Position numbers and translations under genes: made by a program. A model generated the notes under the pieces. That model was not told where the DNA came from. It saw only the letters and a program-made list of their open reading frames with translations, and searched no databases. A stretch of 64,000 bases of DNA. Source: Chrysomallon squamiferum (lineage: Eukaryota; Animalia; Mollusca). The stretch is from NCBI GenBank assembly GCA_012295275.1, contig CM022677.1, positions 27,094,001-27,158,000 of the forward strand. The letters run 5' to 3'. Positions 24,398-38,529 of this stretch are shown here, in pieces (the first letter of the stretch is position 1; every line of letters begins with the position of its first letter).

Positions 24398-25128
24398 ATA
24401 TAATAGTAGAAGATGTAGCAGATGTTGTTGTTGTTGTTGTTGTAATATTAATAGTAGTAGTTGTAATTTTAGAATTCCAATAATTGTTTCTTGTTTTTTC
24501 TAATTTTTCATTCTGACAACCTATAATTATATCAGTTTATCTCAGCTATATTTCTTTCCTTTTTTATTATTTATTTCTTTATTTTTATATTTTTATTTTC
24601 TTTTCTATTTTCTTTTTTTTTTTTTTCTTTTCTTGTTTCTTTTTGTTTTTGTTTTTTTAATTTTCTTTCATCTTTTTTTTATTTCTTTTTTTTTCTTAAT
24701 ATCTACTAGATTTCAATCTCTCAGTAAAACTGTGCAGATCTTACGAGGAACGCAACGGAACACGAGAACTTGAAAGATTTATAAAAATTAAAAAAATTAA
24801 AATTAAAAAATAAAATTGATAATAGCATTATTACTAGCAGTTGTTGTTGCTGTAGTTGTTATAACCTTCGAATCTACAACTAGAACGTATATATGTCTTA
24901 TTTATTCTGATCTTTTCTTTTTGTTTTCATTTTAAATATAGTTAGTAGTTGTTGTTGATGATGATGTTGTTGTCGATGTTGTCTTTGTTGTTGAATCTAG
25001 AACATTATATATGTAGATAGTAACAAGTTTATATATATATATATAGTTATCAGTTAAGAATACTAAAAGTAATGTTGCCGTCGGCGTTGTTGTTGTTGTT
25101 GATGTTGTATCTTTCAGGATCAATCAGC

Positions 25129-25193
25129 ATGAAACTTCTGACATTTTTCTTCTGTTTGCTTCTCGCTGCTTTCAAGGTTTTCAAGGTTTGTCA

Positions 25194-25228
<35 letters not shown>

Positions 25229-26046
25229 CTTTTTTAAACATTTCTCCGGAATCTTCATCTTCTGTCCTTTTCTTAATTTATTTTTTTTATATATATATAT
25301 ATATATATTTTTTTTCATATTTATCTTCTTCTTTTTTTTTACTTTCTCTTCTCCGGAATCTTCTGTTTATCTTCTGTCCTTTTCTTAATTTTTTTTTTTT
25401 TTTTTTCCTTTTTATTTATCTCTGGAATATTTTCATATTCTCCTTATTTTTCATCACGTTATATTCTTCTTCTTCTTTGATTGACAATTAAATTTAATTT
25501 TTTTAATTTTTTATTTTTTCTTAGCGGTTACAGAAGCCGCAACAACTGCTCCTGCTCCTACTACAGCAGAGGCCACAACAGAGACCACTACAAGTGAAAA
25601 CGTACGTGTTACACGAGCTATGAATCACTAAGTATTATAATTTTATTATCATCATCGTAATAATAATTATTATTATTATTGTTGTTGTTGTTGTTTTTGT
25701 GTGCGTCGTTATTCGTAAACTTGCTGATCAAAACGTTCAAAAAACGCGATAAATTTTCAAACGAGCTAATGACGTCATAAATTTATTATTGAAAAAATAT
25801 ATTTGATACGTCATAATCCAACTAATTGCAGTCTACTAATTACGTCATAATCATAATTTTTTTTTTTTTTTTTTTTTTTTAAATCTATCAGTGACGTCTA
25901 TTACCTACGTCAATAAAAAAAATTAAAATGTACTAAATTATGACGTATTATCTTTTTTCCAGTCTGGAGTAGCAGAGTCTGCCGTCTGCGCCGCTAAGGT
26001 TCTGATTCTTGGTTCAGCAGCCGCAGTGATGTTTCTTACGAAATAA
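25129..26046 (+). pseudogene. Copy A of the GPI micro-mucin gene; frameshifted at the first coding donor as assembled (pseudogene, cryptic-donor rescue or 1-nt assembly error)
   Basis: Exons 25129-~25185, 25525-25601 (VTEAATTAPAPTTAEATTETTTSEN) and 25963-26046 (SGVAESAVCAAKVLILGSAAAVMFLTK*). Relative to copy B there is a 9-bp duplication (TTTCAAGGT) and one missing C. Both AAG|GT donors are therefore phase 0, while the next exon needs phase 1. Confidence 0.6.
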
Positions 26047-26212
26047 AAGTGTGTCGACGTAATTTCCTCCTTGTCCAGTGAGCATTCATGAACCATCGCT
26101 TCTTCCAGCATTTTGATTGGATGATCCTGGATTCCGTGCTTTCCTCTCCTGTTTGCTGTAGCATTGACCTTCTCAAATGACTTGATAAAACCGTTTTAGT
26201 AATAATAATAAT

Positions 26213-26243
<31 letters not shown>

Positions 26244-26757
26244 CTTTATTTGTTTGTTTGTTTGTTTGTTTATCTCTTTGTTTGTTTGTTTGTTTGTTTG
26301 TTTATTTATTTATTTCTTTGTTTATTTTTTTATTTGTTTATTTATTTATTTATTTGTTTGTTTATTTATTTATTTATTTATTTATTTATTTGTTTGTTTA
26401 TTATTATTTTTTTTTTTTTAATTCTAGTTATCATTATTATTAATTTCTTCTGATAGTTATAGTACATTACTATGTCGTAGACATTTTTGATGAATAAATG
26501 TTTTATTTTCTTTCTTTTGTTTCTTTTCTGTTGTTCGATATAAGCTGGAAACACGCGTGACATTTAAAACCAGGTGTAAATATTTTTTAAAGTATAGCAT
26601 AACGTTAAACAAATTTAAAAATAAATATTAACTAATTAAATAAATAAATAAATAAGGTTCTTGAACAGTTAAATTGGGCAGTGACTTACTATGGTATAAA
26701 TAAATATTACTTGTAATTAAGAAAATAATGTTATATAATAAAATAAAACGATACACA

Positions 26758-26859
<102 letters not shown>

Positions 26860-27864
26860 TGTGTGTGTGTGTGTGTGTGTGTTGAACACATACCTTAAGT
26901 ATTATTTGTGTACAAGCTGTGTAATATTGTTCAGCTTGGTTTAAATTTAAAATCGTGTCAATATTCTGTATTTTATATCACGTTTTTTTATCTACTGAAA
27001 TAAAACTGCGATATTCTCGCCAGTGATACGAGTGAAAATTAGATTGAGAAGCAGTAAAAATTAAAAAAAAACAAGAAAAAAATGTATTTTCCTTTTTTTA
27101 TTATTTATTATTTTAGTACTGTTATATCAAGGCTAAATGTAATTTAATAACGTAACGATTCACTTCAACGTCTTTCCGTCAATCAAACACTGTTCAGGTA
27201 CTTCCCGGTTTTCGAGTTCTTTGGTCACTCTTTTCTTTTCACCGTGTTTTATTGACGTAATTATGCAACCTATTCTACTGTATGGGGATCATTAAATCAA
27301 ACGTTTTCTCAAATGTAAAATTAATGGAAATGACGCAAATTAAATTCTGTGTGTTAATAAATGTTCTCCCCTGGACTGATTCACCGTGGTGAAATAGGAA
27401 CAGCTCTTTCTTGTACTTCTGTGAGAATAAGATATTTGTGACAAGTCAGGACGAGTGTTTGTTGTTAAATGCAAGTCAGGGATTCTCAGTGGAACAAATG
27501 CGTGTGAAAAATATCCCAGACGCTTCTACTTTTAATAATGCTGTTTTGAGTGCAGTGGTACCTTGACTTCGCTGGATTATTTTTCTGAAAAAAATACTTT
27601 ATAATTAAATAAAACCCAGGATCTAAATTAATGGTCACTGAACACATTATTTTTTTCTAAATTTTAATCCAGCGAAATTATAATTAACCTAGAAGAAACA
27701 GCTTTAGAATTTTTTTTATGACTCCACAACAATCTAGGACAAAAATCTGACAACCGGAAGTACATTAATTTGCATAAATTCAAAATGGCCGCTTGAGACT
27801 TGAATGTTCTAGTTCACTGCTGTCATACGTAAATATAGCCGAAAAATCCCTGAAAATAACACAC

Positions 27865-27895
<31 letters not shown>

Positions 27896-28339
27896 ACAGC
27901 CTATTAAAAGCAAAAAAAACAACAGCAAACGAACTAGATTCTTAGTTGTTTCAGTGTGCGGATGACACGATTATTTCCGTTCGAAATACTCAGTCTGTTG
28001 ATTCATTTTGTTACAGCCAAAAACATAGGCAGTTTAAATATTCAAGACGTACAGTATTATTATTCTATACGTCTTGAATATTTAAACTGCCTACGTTTTT
28101 ATTCCCTTGTAACGGTAGCATACTTTATTAATGGTACTTTATCACACACAGACACACACACACACACACACTCACACACACACACACACGCACACACATA
28201 AAACAGCAGAAGTAGTAGATGCACAGTAGCAGTCGTAATGGCATAAATAGTAGTAGTAGTAACAGTAGAAGTGGTAGAAATAAAAGTAGTAGTAGTAGTG
28301 ATGGTACTAACCAGTAATAGTAGTAGAAGTAGTAATAGG

Positions 28340-28650
28340 AGTAGTATAGAAATAAAATAACAAAAACAATAATAATAATAAATAAATAACATTTAACAAT
28401 AACAAATGATTAATATAATAATAATAATAAATAAATAACAATTAACAATAACATGTGAATAATATAGTAATAATATTTGTAATAATAGTCTTCATAACAA
28501 TAGATGTAGTAATTCTGTTAATATATATATATGGGAGGGGTTGAAAATGGCAAGGAATATAAAACGAAAGGAAAACAAAAGATAAAAACAATGAAAAACA
28601 AATACCTGAACTCATCGGACATTGTAATCTTGTATCCTGTCACCAGAAAA
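28340..28650 (-). pseudogene. Relic of the PTAP/PPPY adaptor gene in copy A
   Basis: The ATG micro-exon (MSDEF|gtattt, ~28606-28622) is retained but its acceptor is mutated CAG>CTG. The segment matching B ~43290-44050, which holds the whole main coding exon, is absent. Confidence 0.7.
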
Positions 28651-29912
28651 TACAACAACACTCATTAGTATGTGTTTATTTCACACACACACGCACACAC
28701 ACACACACACATATATATACAACACACTCATATACACACTATATACACATACACACACATGTCTATAAATACACAATATATATATATACACATACATACA
28801 ACACATATATACACATAACATATACAACACATAAATATATAAAATATACACATAACATATACACACAACACACATTTATATATATATAAAACACACACAC
28901 ACACATTTATTTATATATATATATACACATAGCACACACACACATATATATACACACACACACACATACATACATATACACATTTATTTATATATATATA
29001 CACACACGTATATATATGCATATAATACTCACACACATAAATGATATTACAAACATATTATACAATGATACATACAACTCGACATATTCACAAACCATCA
29101 AGTCAAGCAAATACACACAAAGCTGTATAATCTACATATTCACATACATTACATCACTGAAGTAATAATGAATAGCCATGCAGTGTGTTCTACATTTATA
29201 CAAATACACATGTCGAATATTATCGTACAAATCATTTGTCTGTAAAATCGATATTCAACAAATTAAACACTGAAGTGGAATGAGCCATGCAGTATATCGA
29301 TTTCAAAGACACAGATCATTGATATAAAAGTCTGGTGCAATAAAATGGTAACAATTCTTGGTCCAGTTAAACGTTTACGCCCTGTTCCAACAACTTTCGA
29401 TACAGTATTTTATATTAGTTGTATACAATGTCATTGGTATGTCACGCCTTGGTCCAGTTAACACGTTAACACCCGTTCCAAACAAACACACACTATTTAC
29501 TTAGTTACTGAATGTCTTGATAAACACACACACACACATATATACACAGATCAAAACTCTTGTGATGGGTTGGTATAAAAATCAAATACGTTTTTCTCAT
29601 GAATAATAAGAATTAAAGATCAGCCTAAAGAAACATGCGTGCAATTAAATATTCACTCATATATATATACATCTAAATAATTATAGATATCTGTAACGAC
29701 AAACTACATAGACATACACAGACAAAGACACACGCACATAAATACAAACACAGGCACACACACACACACACACACAAATACCTTCACATGTGCACACAAT
29801 ACTTTACGAGAATATGAGACGTCATTAAGGGACGTAATCCTTTCTAAGGAAAAAATACGTATTCTTTGAAGAGTCGTCTCCCTGGAATTAAAATAAAATT
29901 TAAAACAAATAA

Positions 29913-29951
<39 letters not shown>

Positions 29952-30567
29952 ATTTTTTAAATTTACTTGCTTTCTTTTACTAATTTTGTAAATCAAACAT
30001 GTCAAAGACTCTCCTTATGGTTTTCGACTTTACAAATGGCCGAATCCAAGCCTTTAAGAAAGGCCTGTCATAATCATTGGAAAACGGGTTAAATTTAGAA
30101 TATTTGTATCTACTGAAGCTGTTGTAGTTGTACTGTTGTTTTTAATGAAGTTGTTACCTTATTGTTGTTGTTTTTGTTGTTGTTGGTGGTGGTGGTGGTG
30201 GTGGTGGTGGTGGTATTGTTGTTCTTTTTACGAATGAGTCATTTAGCACAAAAAAAATTCCATTCTGTAAATTTGAAATAGGAGACAGCTAACATGAAAA
30301 ACGTAAATGTACTGATAATCAGGAGTTATTTCCCCTGGTATGAACCAGCACTTAAAAATATCCAACTTTGATAAATGTAATAACAATTACCTCTGGTAGA
30401 AGCAACAATAGTACTAGTACTAGTACTAGTACTAGTAATAGCAGTAGTAATTGTAACGAGTTTAATATTATTCTATAGTTTTGATACTATGTTTTACCTA
30501 AGATTGATAATCAATACACAAAAGGTATAAAACTGATTTTCACTTACCATAAAAATTTTATATTATA

Positions 30568-30614
<47 letters not shown>

Positions 30615-31014
30615 AAAAAAAAATATATATAAAATTGTATTACAGTACGTATCTATGCGTAATGTATTGGAATATATATTTATTATTGTACATATTTAGA
30701 TATACAATTTACATTTATTTATTATTGTACATTGTTTGTATATTAAATTTTAATATTATTGACTGTGTGTATGTTAATATCCATATTATGTACGCTCGTG
30801 TTTCAATATTCATTTATTTGCTATTGTGGATATTCATATATTAAATTTGAATATTTATGTATTGATACGCATATTCATTTAGTAGAATTTAATGTTTATA
30901 TAATGATTTGTATAACACTCTGTGTATGTTGCATTTATTATTATTCTAATAGTGTACAAGTATATATTAATGTAAACGTGTATATGTATATATCTATGTG
31001 TGTGTATAAATGTG

Positions 31015-31056
<42 letters not shown>

Positions 31057-31514
31057 ACGTCATCGTTGTGGTCGTCAACAATAAATCGCATTCATCACCG
31101 TCAACATCATAATTATTGTTGTCATTGTTCTGTGATATTAGTAGTATTAGTATTGACGTTGTTGTTCTTGTTGCTGCTGCTGGTTTTTTTTGTTGTTGTT
31201 GCTGCTGCTATTGTTATTTGTTCTTGTTGTTGCTGCTGCTGCTGTCGTTGTTGTTACATCGTATCCCAGCGCCAGCATCCCTCAGAACCACCCACTTTTT
31301 CTGAATAAGTCTGGCAAGGTCAAAGGTCATTCAGTATCCGGTCGAGTGATTATCTGATGATCGGCTTTCGGGATTAACCACCTGAGTCGTTCTGTTGTCT
31401 TCACGACAGACATTTCACACCACACGATAATCAGTTCAAAGATTCCAAAACCAGGCTTAGCTCGAGAAATAGTAAAAAAAATATATAAAAATAAAAATAG
31501 AGAACCAGCGAGAC

Positions 31515-31605
<91 letters not shown>

Positions 31606-31953
31606 GAGACAGAGAGAGAGAGAGACGCAGACAGAGAGAGACAGAGAGAGACAGAAAGAGAGACAGAGACACAGAGAGACAAAGAGAGAGACAGAGGCAG
31701 AGTTAGAGACAGAGAGAGACAAAGGCAGAGATAGAGACAGAGAGAGAGAGACAGAGAGAGAGAACATTTTAAACAAATTTCATGATTGCATTTATATCAA
31801 AACACATACACTCAATGTCGACGACAATAACAACAATAATAACACGAAGAATAAATAAATAAATAAAAAATGCTGAAGATGTTAAGAACAAGAGATAAAA
31901 ATAAATGATCTATATTTTCTTGCCCGATTTTTTTTTTTTTTTTTTTTTAATAA

Positions 31954-32033
<80 letters not shown>

Positions 32034-32337
32034 TGATAACAACAAGAGAAGGAATGATAAGAATATTAATAATAATAATAATAATAGCAATAAAAATAAA
32101 AATAATAAAATTACTAACAACAGTAATAATAACAATAAGAGCAGAAATGATAATAATAATAATAATAATAATGATTATCAGTAATACGTTTAATGAATAA
32201 AAGTAAAGTAGCAAAAATAATAATATTAATAAGTTTAACAACAACTCAAAACAAAATAGGAATGATAAGAATATTAATAATAATAATAATAATAAGAGAG
32301 ATAAAAAGAGAGAGAGAGCAGAAAGAGAGAGAGAGAC

Positions 32338-32424
<87 letters not shown>

Positions 32425-32511
32425 TAAAAGCCCTATTATTATTTCTGCAGTATCTATTAATTGTTGATAAAAGTGGTTATTATTATTTCTTATTGTTATT
32501 GTTGTTGTTAT

Positions 32512-32542
<31 letters not shown>

Positions 32543-33186
32543 GTTGGAGCTGTTGAAGTATTAATACTAGCAGTGGCAGTTGTAGTGGTTGGATTAACAA
32601 TAGTGGTTGTTGTTGTAGTTGTAACATTAGTTATTGCTTTTGAAATAGTTGTCGTTTTTGTAGTTGTTGCTAGTGCTGTAAAGTTACAGCAGTGAAAGAA
32701 TTAAATTCATTCGCTGCAGAGAGACAAATATCGAATACATTTCTCGCATCACTGCATCTGCGCAGATTGAACAAACGTAACTGTGTTATTTGATAACGAG
32801 ACTGATACTCAAAATTACCCGCTTGTGTGGGTCGCAATTCTTCAGATACTTGGCTTGTCATAAAATTACAGTAAAACTGGCAACATCCTGGTCTGCTTAA
32901 TGTCGGCGAAAATAACAAAACGTCACTATTCTGTGGGCAATTGACGTCATGTCACGTGATCCGTAGTTTTGTAAAATGACAATTAAAACTGCACGCCGTG
33001 TTTATAACGAATACGACCTTAGCAACGGTGACCAGCGGTAATGAAAAAAAAAATGTTTAAAAAGAGACATACAGACTTACGTACGTACGTTAATACATAC
33101 ATAGATTCATACATAGACAAATACATAAATACACATACACATACACACACATGCATACATACATATGCATAGATATATACATAGAA

Positions 33187-33246
<60 letters not shown>

Positions 33247-33247
33247 T

Positions 33248-33380
33248 TATGGGTTGCGGGCGAATTGGTTCCATACGTTCAAGTCTCGTCAGCGGCATCT
33301 GACGGGTTTGTGAGGTCGTGATTGGACTTTGTCCTCCTACGCCAGTGCGTTCTCGAATGTTGTCTATGTGCATAACACAA
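33248..33380 (+). mobile_element. SINE-like repeat (copy 2, via the segmental duplication)
   Basis: Homologous to 21527-21660. Confidence 0.5.
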
Positions 33381-35180
33381 CAAAACATTAATTCCTACAG
33401 ACACTCCTCGCTTAACGACCTACCCATTTAACGACCGCGTAAAGTTACGATCAGCTTTCCGACCAGTCGTACGCTGTAAGAGGTCTTTGATCACGGCGTT
33501 TGATCGTAAATTATCTCGGTTCTCATTACGAGTTCTCCGACTCATGTCTAACTTCAGTATTCTCTGCACTTCAAAACTAAACATTTCATATCTTGTACTT
33601 TATTCTGCACTCCACAGAATTTATAACCTTCACCTCGTGTATTTTTATTGTTTATAATAAATTATGTAGGACCCTGTATATACATAAATAACAAATACAA
33701 CATACACAAACAACAAAACATATATACACACACAAACATACACACACACACACAAACATACACACAAATACATACACATAGACACATACACATATAAACG
33801 TTCATACAAAAACACAAATACAAACGCAAAGACATACACATGGACACTGAATGTTTTAACAAATGATAAGCATAATAATTACATTAAACATATCTGCAGA
33901 CAATGATACATTTTATTTAGTTGTATTTTATTTACCTACTTACTTACTGATTTATTTATTTATATACACATATATGGTTTTAATTAATATTTTATTTTAA
34001 AACTGAACAAGTTTTGAAGTTAGTATTTATATTTCATTTAAACACCATACCGGCCTTTACAAGTAGGAACATTAATAAAATAATAATAAAAAAATTAAAA
34101 ATTTAATAAAAAAAAAAACGCTTATAATGGAGACAGTGAAGTTCAATTATGTAAAGCAATGAATTGTTTTATTTACTCAGAGCTACAGACATTAATAATT
34201 TTAAAAATTAATTTAAATCTTTTATATATACATTCAAAAAGAAAAAAATTGAATGGAACAGAATTTATGTTATATAAAGCACTAAATATTTCTACGTTCG
34301 CAGGTTTCAGGGTTAAAAGATATATTAAAATATTTTATATAAACTGAAAAAGAAAATGCAGTCGTAATAGAAATGCTGAATTTAGATTATATAAAGCTGT
34401 GAATATTTCTGTTTACACAGATTTAAGTATCAATTAAAAAATAAATAATGCTTTATGTAAAATGAAAAAGACAAATATTGAGTCAACACAACCGGTCAAT
34501 GTGATTTATACAACGCAATTTTTCTTTGTATACACGGGTAAAAAGAAATTTTAAAAATTTAAAATTTATACAAGTTCAAAAAGAAAAAAAAAAATCGGCG
34601 AAATTGAATTATGTGAAGCAATGCATTTTTTCTCTCTTTTTTCCATAGTTATATAGTTCATTTATTTACTTTTATTTTTTTATTTTTTTGTTTCTTTATT
34701 TTTCGTGAACACGATCGTTCAAGTTTAATCCTTGCAAAAACCACGTGACTCAGTTTTAGTTGACACCACGTTACCACCGACACAGCGACCCCGACAGAAC
34801 GACCTCCGCTGCTGCTATAGCATTGTTGTTGATGACGTAGCACTGTTGTTGTACTTGTTGCTGTTGAAATACGTGTCTGGTACATGCTGCGTCTTGTTGC
34901 AGTTGTGGCAGCAATAAAGAAAATTAGATTCCAGTGATTCACAACTCAAAGTAAGAAATGATAATATCACATGAAACGTGACGTACGTATCATAGAAAAA
35001 TTACCCGTAAAAGGAGAGTGCTTGCTTATAACATCCCCGTCACACACACACACACACACACACACAACACAGAGAAACACACATAAACACAGACCCTCAG
35101 TCATAAACGCATACACACACATGCACACACAAAACTTTCTCCTGCACTCTTCTCTCTCTCTTTCGTTATCTTTTGCTAGA

Positions 35181-35288
<108 letters not shown>

Positions 35289-35597
35289 TGTGTGTATTAT
35301 GTCTCTGTTCAGATGCACTAACACCTTCGAAAACATTTCGACATGTAAAAACAGGGTGACAGAGAAAAGGTAGAGAGAGTGAATGAGCGAAAGAGTGACA
35401 GACTGAGAGAAACAGAGTGAGAGAAAATGAGAAAGAGAATGAGAAATATATATAAATCGGACAAAGAATTAAAAGGGAGCAAAGAAACTAAGAATGTTCA
35501 AATATGAAGAGAGAAATAAAAAGAAAGTGGAAAAATAAAAATGATAGAAAGAAAAAATGAAACAAACAAAAATGAGACAAATAATTATTGATATTAC

Positions 35598-35668
<71 letters not shown>

Positions 35669-35882
35669 CACTCCTGTTGTTGGTAACGGTGGTGGTTATG
35701 GTGATGACATTGCTGTCGCTGCTGTTTTTAGAATTATGTTTACAAATGTTTATCTGGTTGCTATGGAGCACGAAAGTTCCACTCCCAATTCTCATTATAC
35801 TGTATTCTAATATCTGACATTAAATTTCAAAAACTGATAATAAAATAAAACGAGATCGAGACAAAAGGTAAAAGGAAAGGGT

Positions 35883-36023
35883 TTTCAGCCAATGGGAACG
35901 CAACGTATAAAAGGTGACTATTAGTCCGGAGACGTAATTTTGAAACCGATACAGCTGAGTGACAGACGAGTTTCAATCTTACGTAAGAAAACTTCTGAGA
36001 GCGGTCTTCGTACTTTGTAAGTA
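35883..36023 (+). promoter_or_regulatory. Core promoter and non-coding exon 1 of GPI peptide gene, copy B
   Basis: CCAAT at 35889-35893 and TATAAAA at 35906-35912, followed by the same two candidate donors as in copy A. Confidence 0.65.
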
Positions 36024-36246
36024 ACGTTGTAGTAGTAGTAGTAATATAATAGAAGAAGAAGTAGCTGATGTTGTTGTTGTAATATTAATAATTGTAATTT
36101 TAGAATTCCAATAATTGTTTTTTTGAGGGTTTTTTTGTTTTTTTTTTTCATTCTGACAACCTATAATTATAGCAGTTTATCTCAGCTATATTTCTTTCTT
36201 TTTTTTTTTTCTTTTCTATTTTCTTTTTCTTTCTTTTTCTTTTCTT

Positions 36247-36293
<47 letters not shown>

Positions 36294-36653
36294 TCTTTCA
36301 TCTTTTTTTTTTATTTATTTATTTATTTTTTATTATCTACTAGATTTCAATCTCTCAGTAAAACTGTACAGATCTTACGAGGAACACAACGGAACACGAG
36401 AACTTGAAAGATTTATAAAAATTAAAAAAATTAAAATAAAAAATAAAATTGATAATAGCATTATTACTAGCAGTTGTTGTTGCTGTAGTTGTTATAACCT
36501 TCGAATCTACAGCTAGAACGTATATATGTCTTATTTATTCTGATCTTTTCTTTTTGTTTTCATTTTAAATATAGTTAGTAGTTGTTGTTGATGATGATGT
36601 TGTCGTCGTTGTTGTTGAATCTAGAACTAGATTATATATGTAGATAGCAACAG

Positions 36654-36684
<31 letters not shown>

Positions 36685-36774
36685 GTTAACAGTTAATAAT
36701 ACTAAAAGTAATGGCTGTTGATGTTGCCGTCGTTGTTGTTGTTGTTGATGTTGTATCTTTCAGGATCAATCAGC

Positions 36775-37774
36775 ATGAAACTTCTGACATTTTTCTTCTG
36801 TTTGCTTCTCGCTGCCTTTCAAGGTTTGTCAATGTTTTTTGTTTTTCTTTTCGTTTTTTCGTTTTTTTTTTTTTTTTTTTTTTTTTTCAATCCTTAAACA
36901 TTTCACATTTATATTTCCTTTTTTATATATATATATATATACACCCCTCATTTTTATCTTCTTCATTTTTTTTTTCTTCATTTTTCTTATTTTCTTCTTC
37001 TTTTGCTTTCTCTTCTCTGGAATCTTCCGTTTATCTTCTGTCCTAAAAAAAAAAAAAAAAAAAAAATTATTTTCTATTTATCTGTTTTTCCTTTTTATTT
37101 ATCTTTGGAATATTTTCTTATTCTCCTTATTTTTCATTACGTTATATTCTTCTTCTTCTTTGATTGACAATTAAATTAATAGTCTGAAAAAAAACATTTT
37201 GTTTTTCTTTCTTAGCCGTTGGAGAAGAGACAACAGCAACAACTGCTGCTGCTGCTGCTGCAACAGAGACCACAACAAGTGAAAACGTACGTGTTACACG
37301 AACTATGAATCACTAAGTATTATTATTTTATTATCATCATCATTATCATCATCGTAATAATAATTATTATTATTGTTGTTGTTGTTGTTTTTGTGTGCGT
37401 CGTTATTCATAAACTTACTGATCAAAACGTTCAAAAAACGCGATTAATTTTCAAACCAGCTAATGACGTCATAAATTTATTATTCAAAAATCTATTTAAT
37501 ACGTCATAATCCAACTGTAAAGTCCACTAATTACGTCATAATCATTATTTTTTTTATTATTATTTTTTTTTTTAAATCTATCAGTCACGTCATAAATACA
37601 TTACCTACGTCAATAAAAAAAATAAAAAATAAAATCTTTTTTTTTTTTTAATTAAAATGTTCTAAATTATGACGTATGACCTTTTTTCAGTCTGGAGTAG
37701 CAGAGTCTGCCGTCTGCGCCGCTCAGATTCTGATTCTTGGTTCAGCAGCCGCAGTGATGTTTCTTACGAAATAA
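36775..37774 (+). CDS. Tiny predicted GPI-anchored Thr/Ala-rich glycopeptide precursor (67 aa; CD24/CD52-like architecture), copy B
   Basis: Exons 36775-36823, 37216-37286 and 37691-37774 splice in frame (phases 1, 0) to MKLLTFFFCLLLAAFQAVGEETTATTAAAAAATETTTSENSGVAESAVCAAQILILGSAAAVMFLTK*. This gives a signal peptide, a ~21-aa mucin-like core, an N-S-G omega-like site and a hydrophobic C-terminus. CCAAT and TATA lie upstream. Absent from the ORF track. Confidence 0.82.
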
Positions 37775-37937
37775 AAGTGTGTCGACGTAATTTCCTCCTT
37801 GTCCAGTGAGCATTCATGAACTTCCGCTTCTTCAAGCATTTTGATTGGATGATCCTGGATTCCGTGTTTTCCTCTCCTGTCTGCTGTAGCATTGACTTTC
37901 TCAAATGACTTGATATAACCGTTTTAGTAATAATAAT

Positions 37938-37974
<37 letters not shown>

Positions 37975-38529
37975 TTTGTTTGTTTTATTTTATTTATTTT
38001 TTTGTTTGTTTATTTATTTTTTTATTTATTTGTTTGTTTGTTTGTTTGTTTATTTATTTTTTTATTTATTTGTTTGTTGTTTTTTTATTATTATTATATT
38101 TTTTATTATTATTATATTATTATTATTATTATTATGATTATCAATATTATTAATTTTTTCTGATAGTTATAGTACATTGCTATGTCATAGACATTTTTGA
38201 TAAATAAATGTTTTATTTTCTTTCTTTTGTTTCTGTTCTGCTGTTGTGCTTTTCCTTAGTTTTTGTTTTTTGTAGAGGTTCAGGGATTTCTTTCTTTTTT
38301 TTTTTGTTTTTTTTTTTTTTTTTTTTTTTCTGTTTTAAGATCGATATAAGCTGAAGACATTTGAAATTAAAAACGCGTGACATTTAAAACCAGGTGTAAA
38401 TTTTTTTTTAAATATAACATAACGTAAAACAAATTTAAAAATAAATATTAACTAAATAAATAAATAAATAAATAAGGTTCTTGAATAGTTAAATTGTGCA
38501 GTCAGTTACTATGGTAACTGGACAATTAT

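Noticed and set aside
24710-24780. Possible extra 5' UTR exon of the GPI gene sharing short words with its promoter
   Set aside because: The acceptor is plausible but there is no convincing donor; left uncalled.
27165-27540. Unique-looking block present three times (also 40150-40500 and 41560-41830) as a coding exon
   Set aside because: The frames I translated have stops and no recognisable motif; probably an old repeat fragment.
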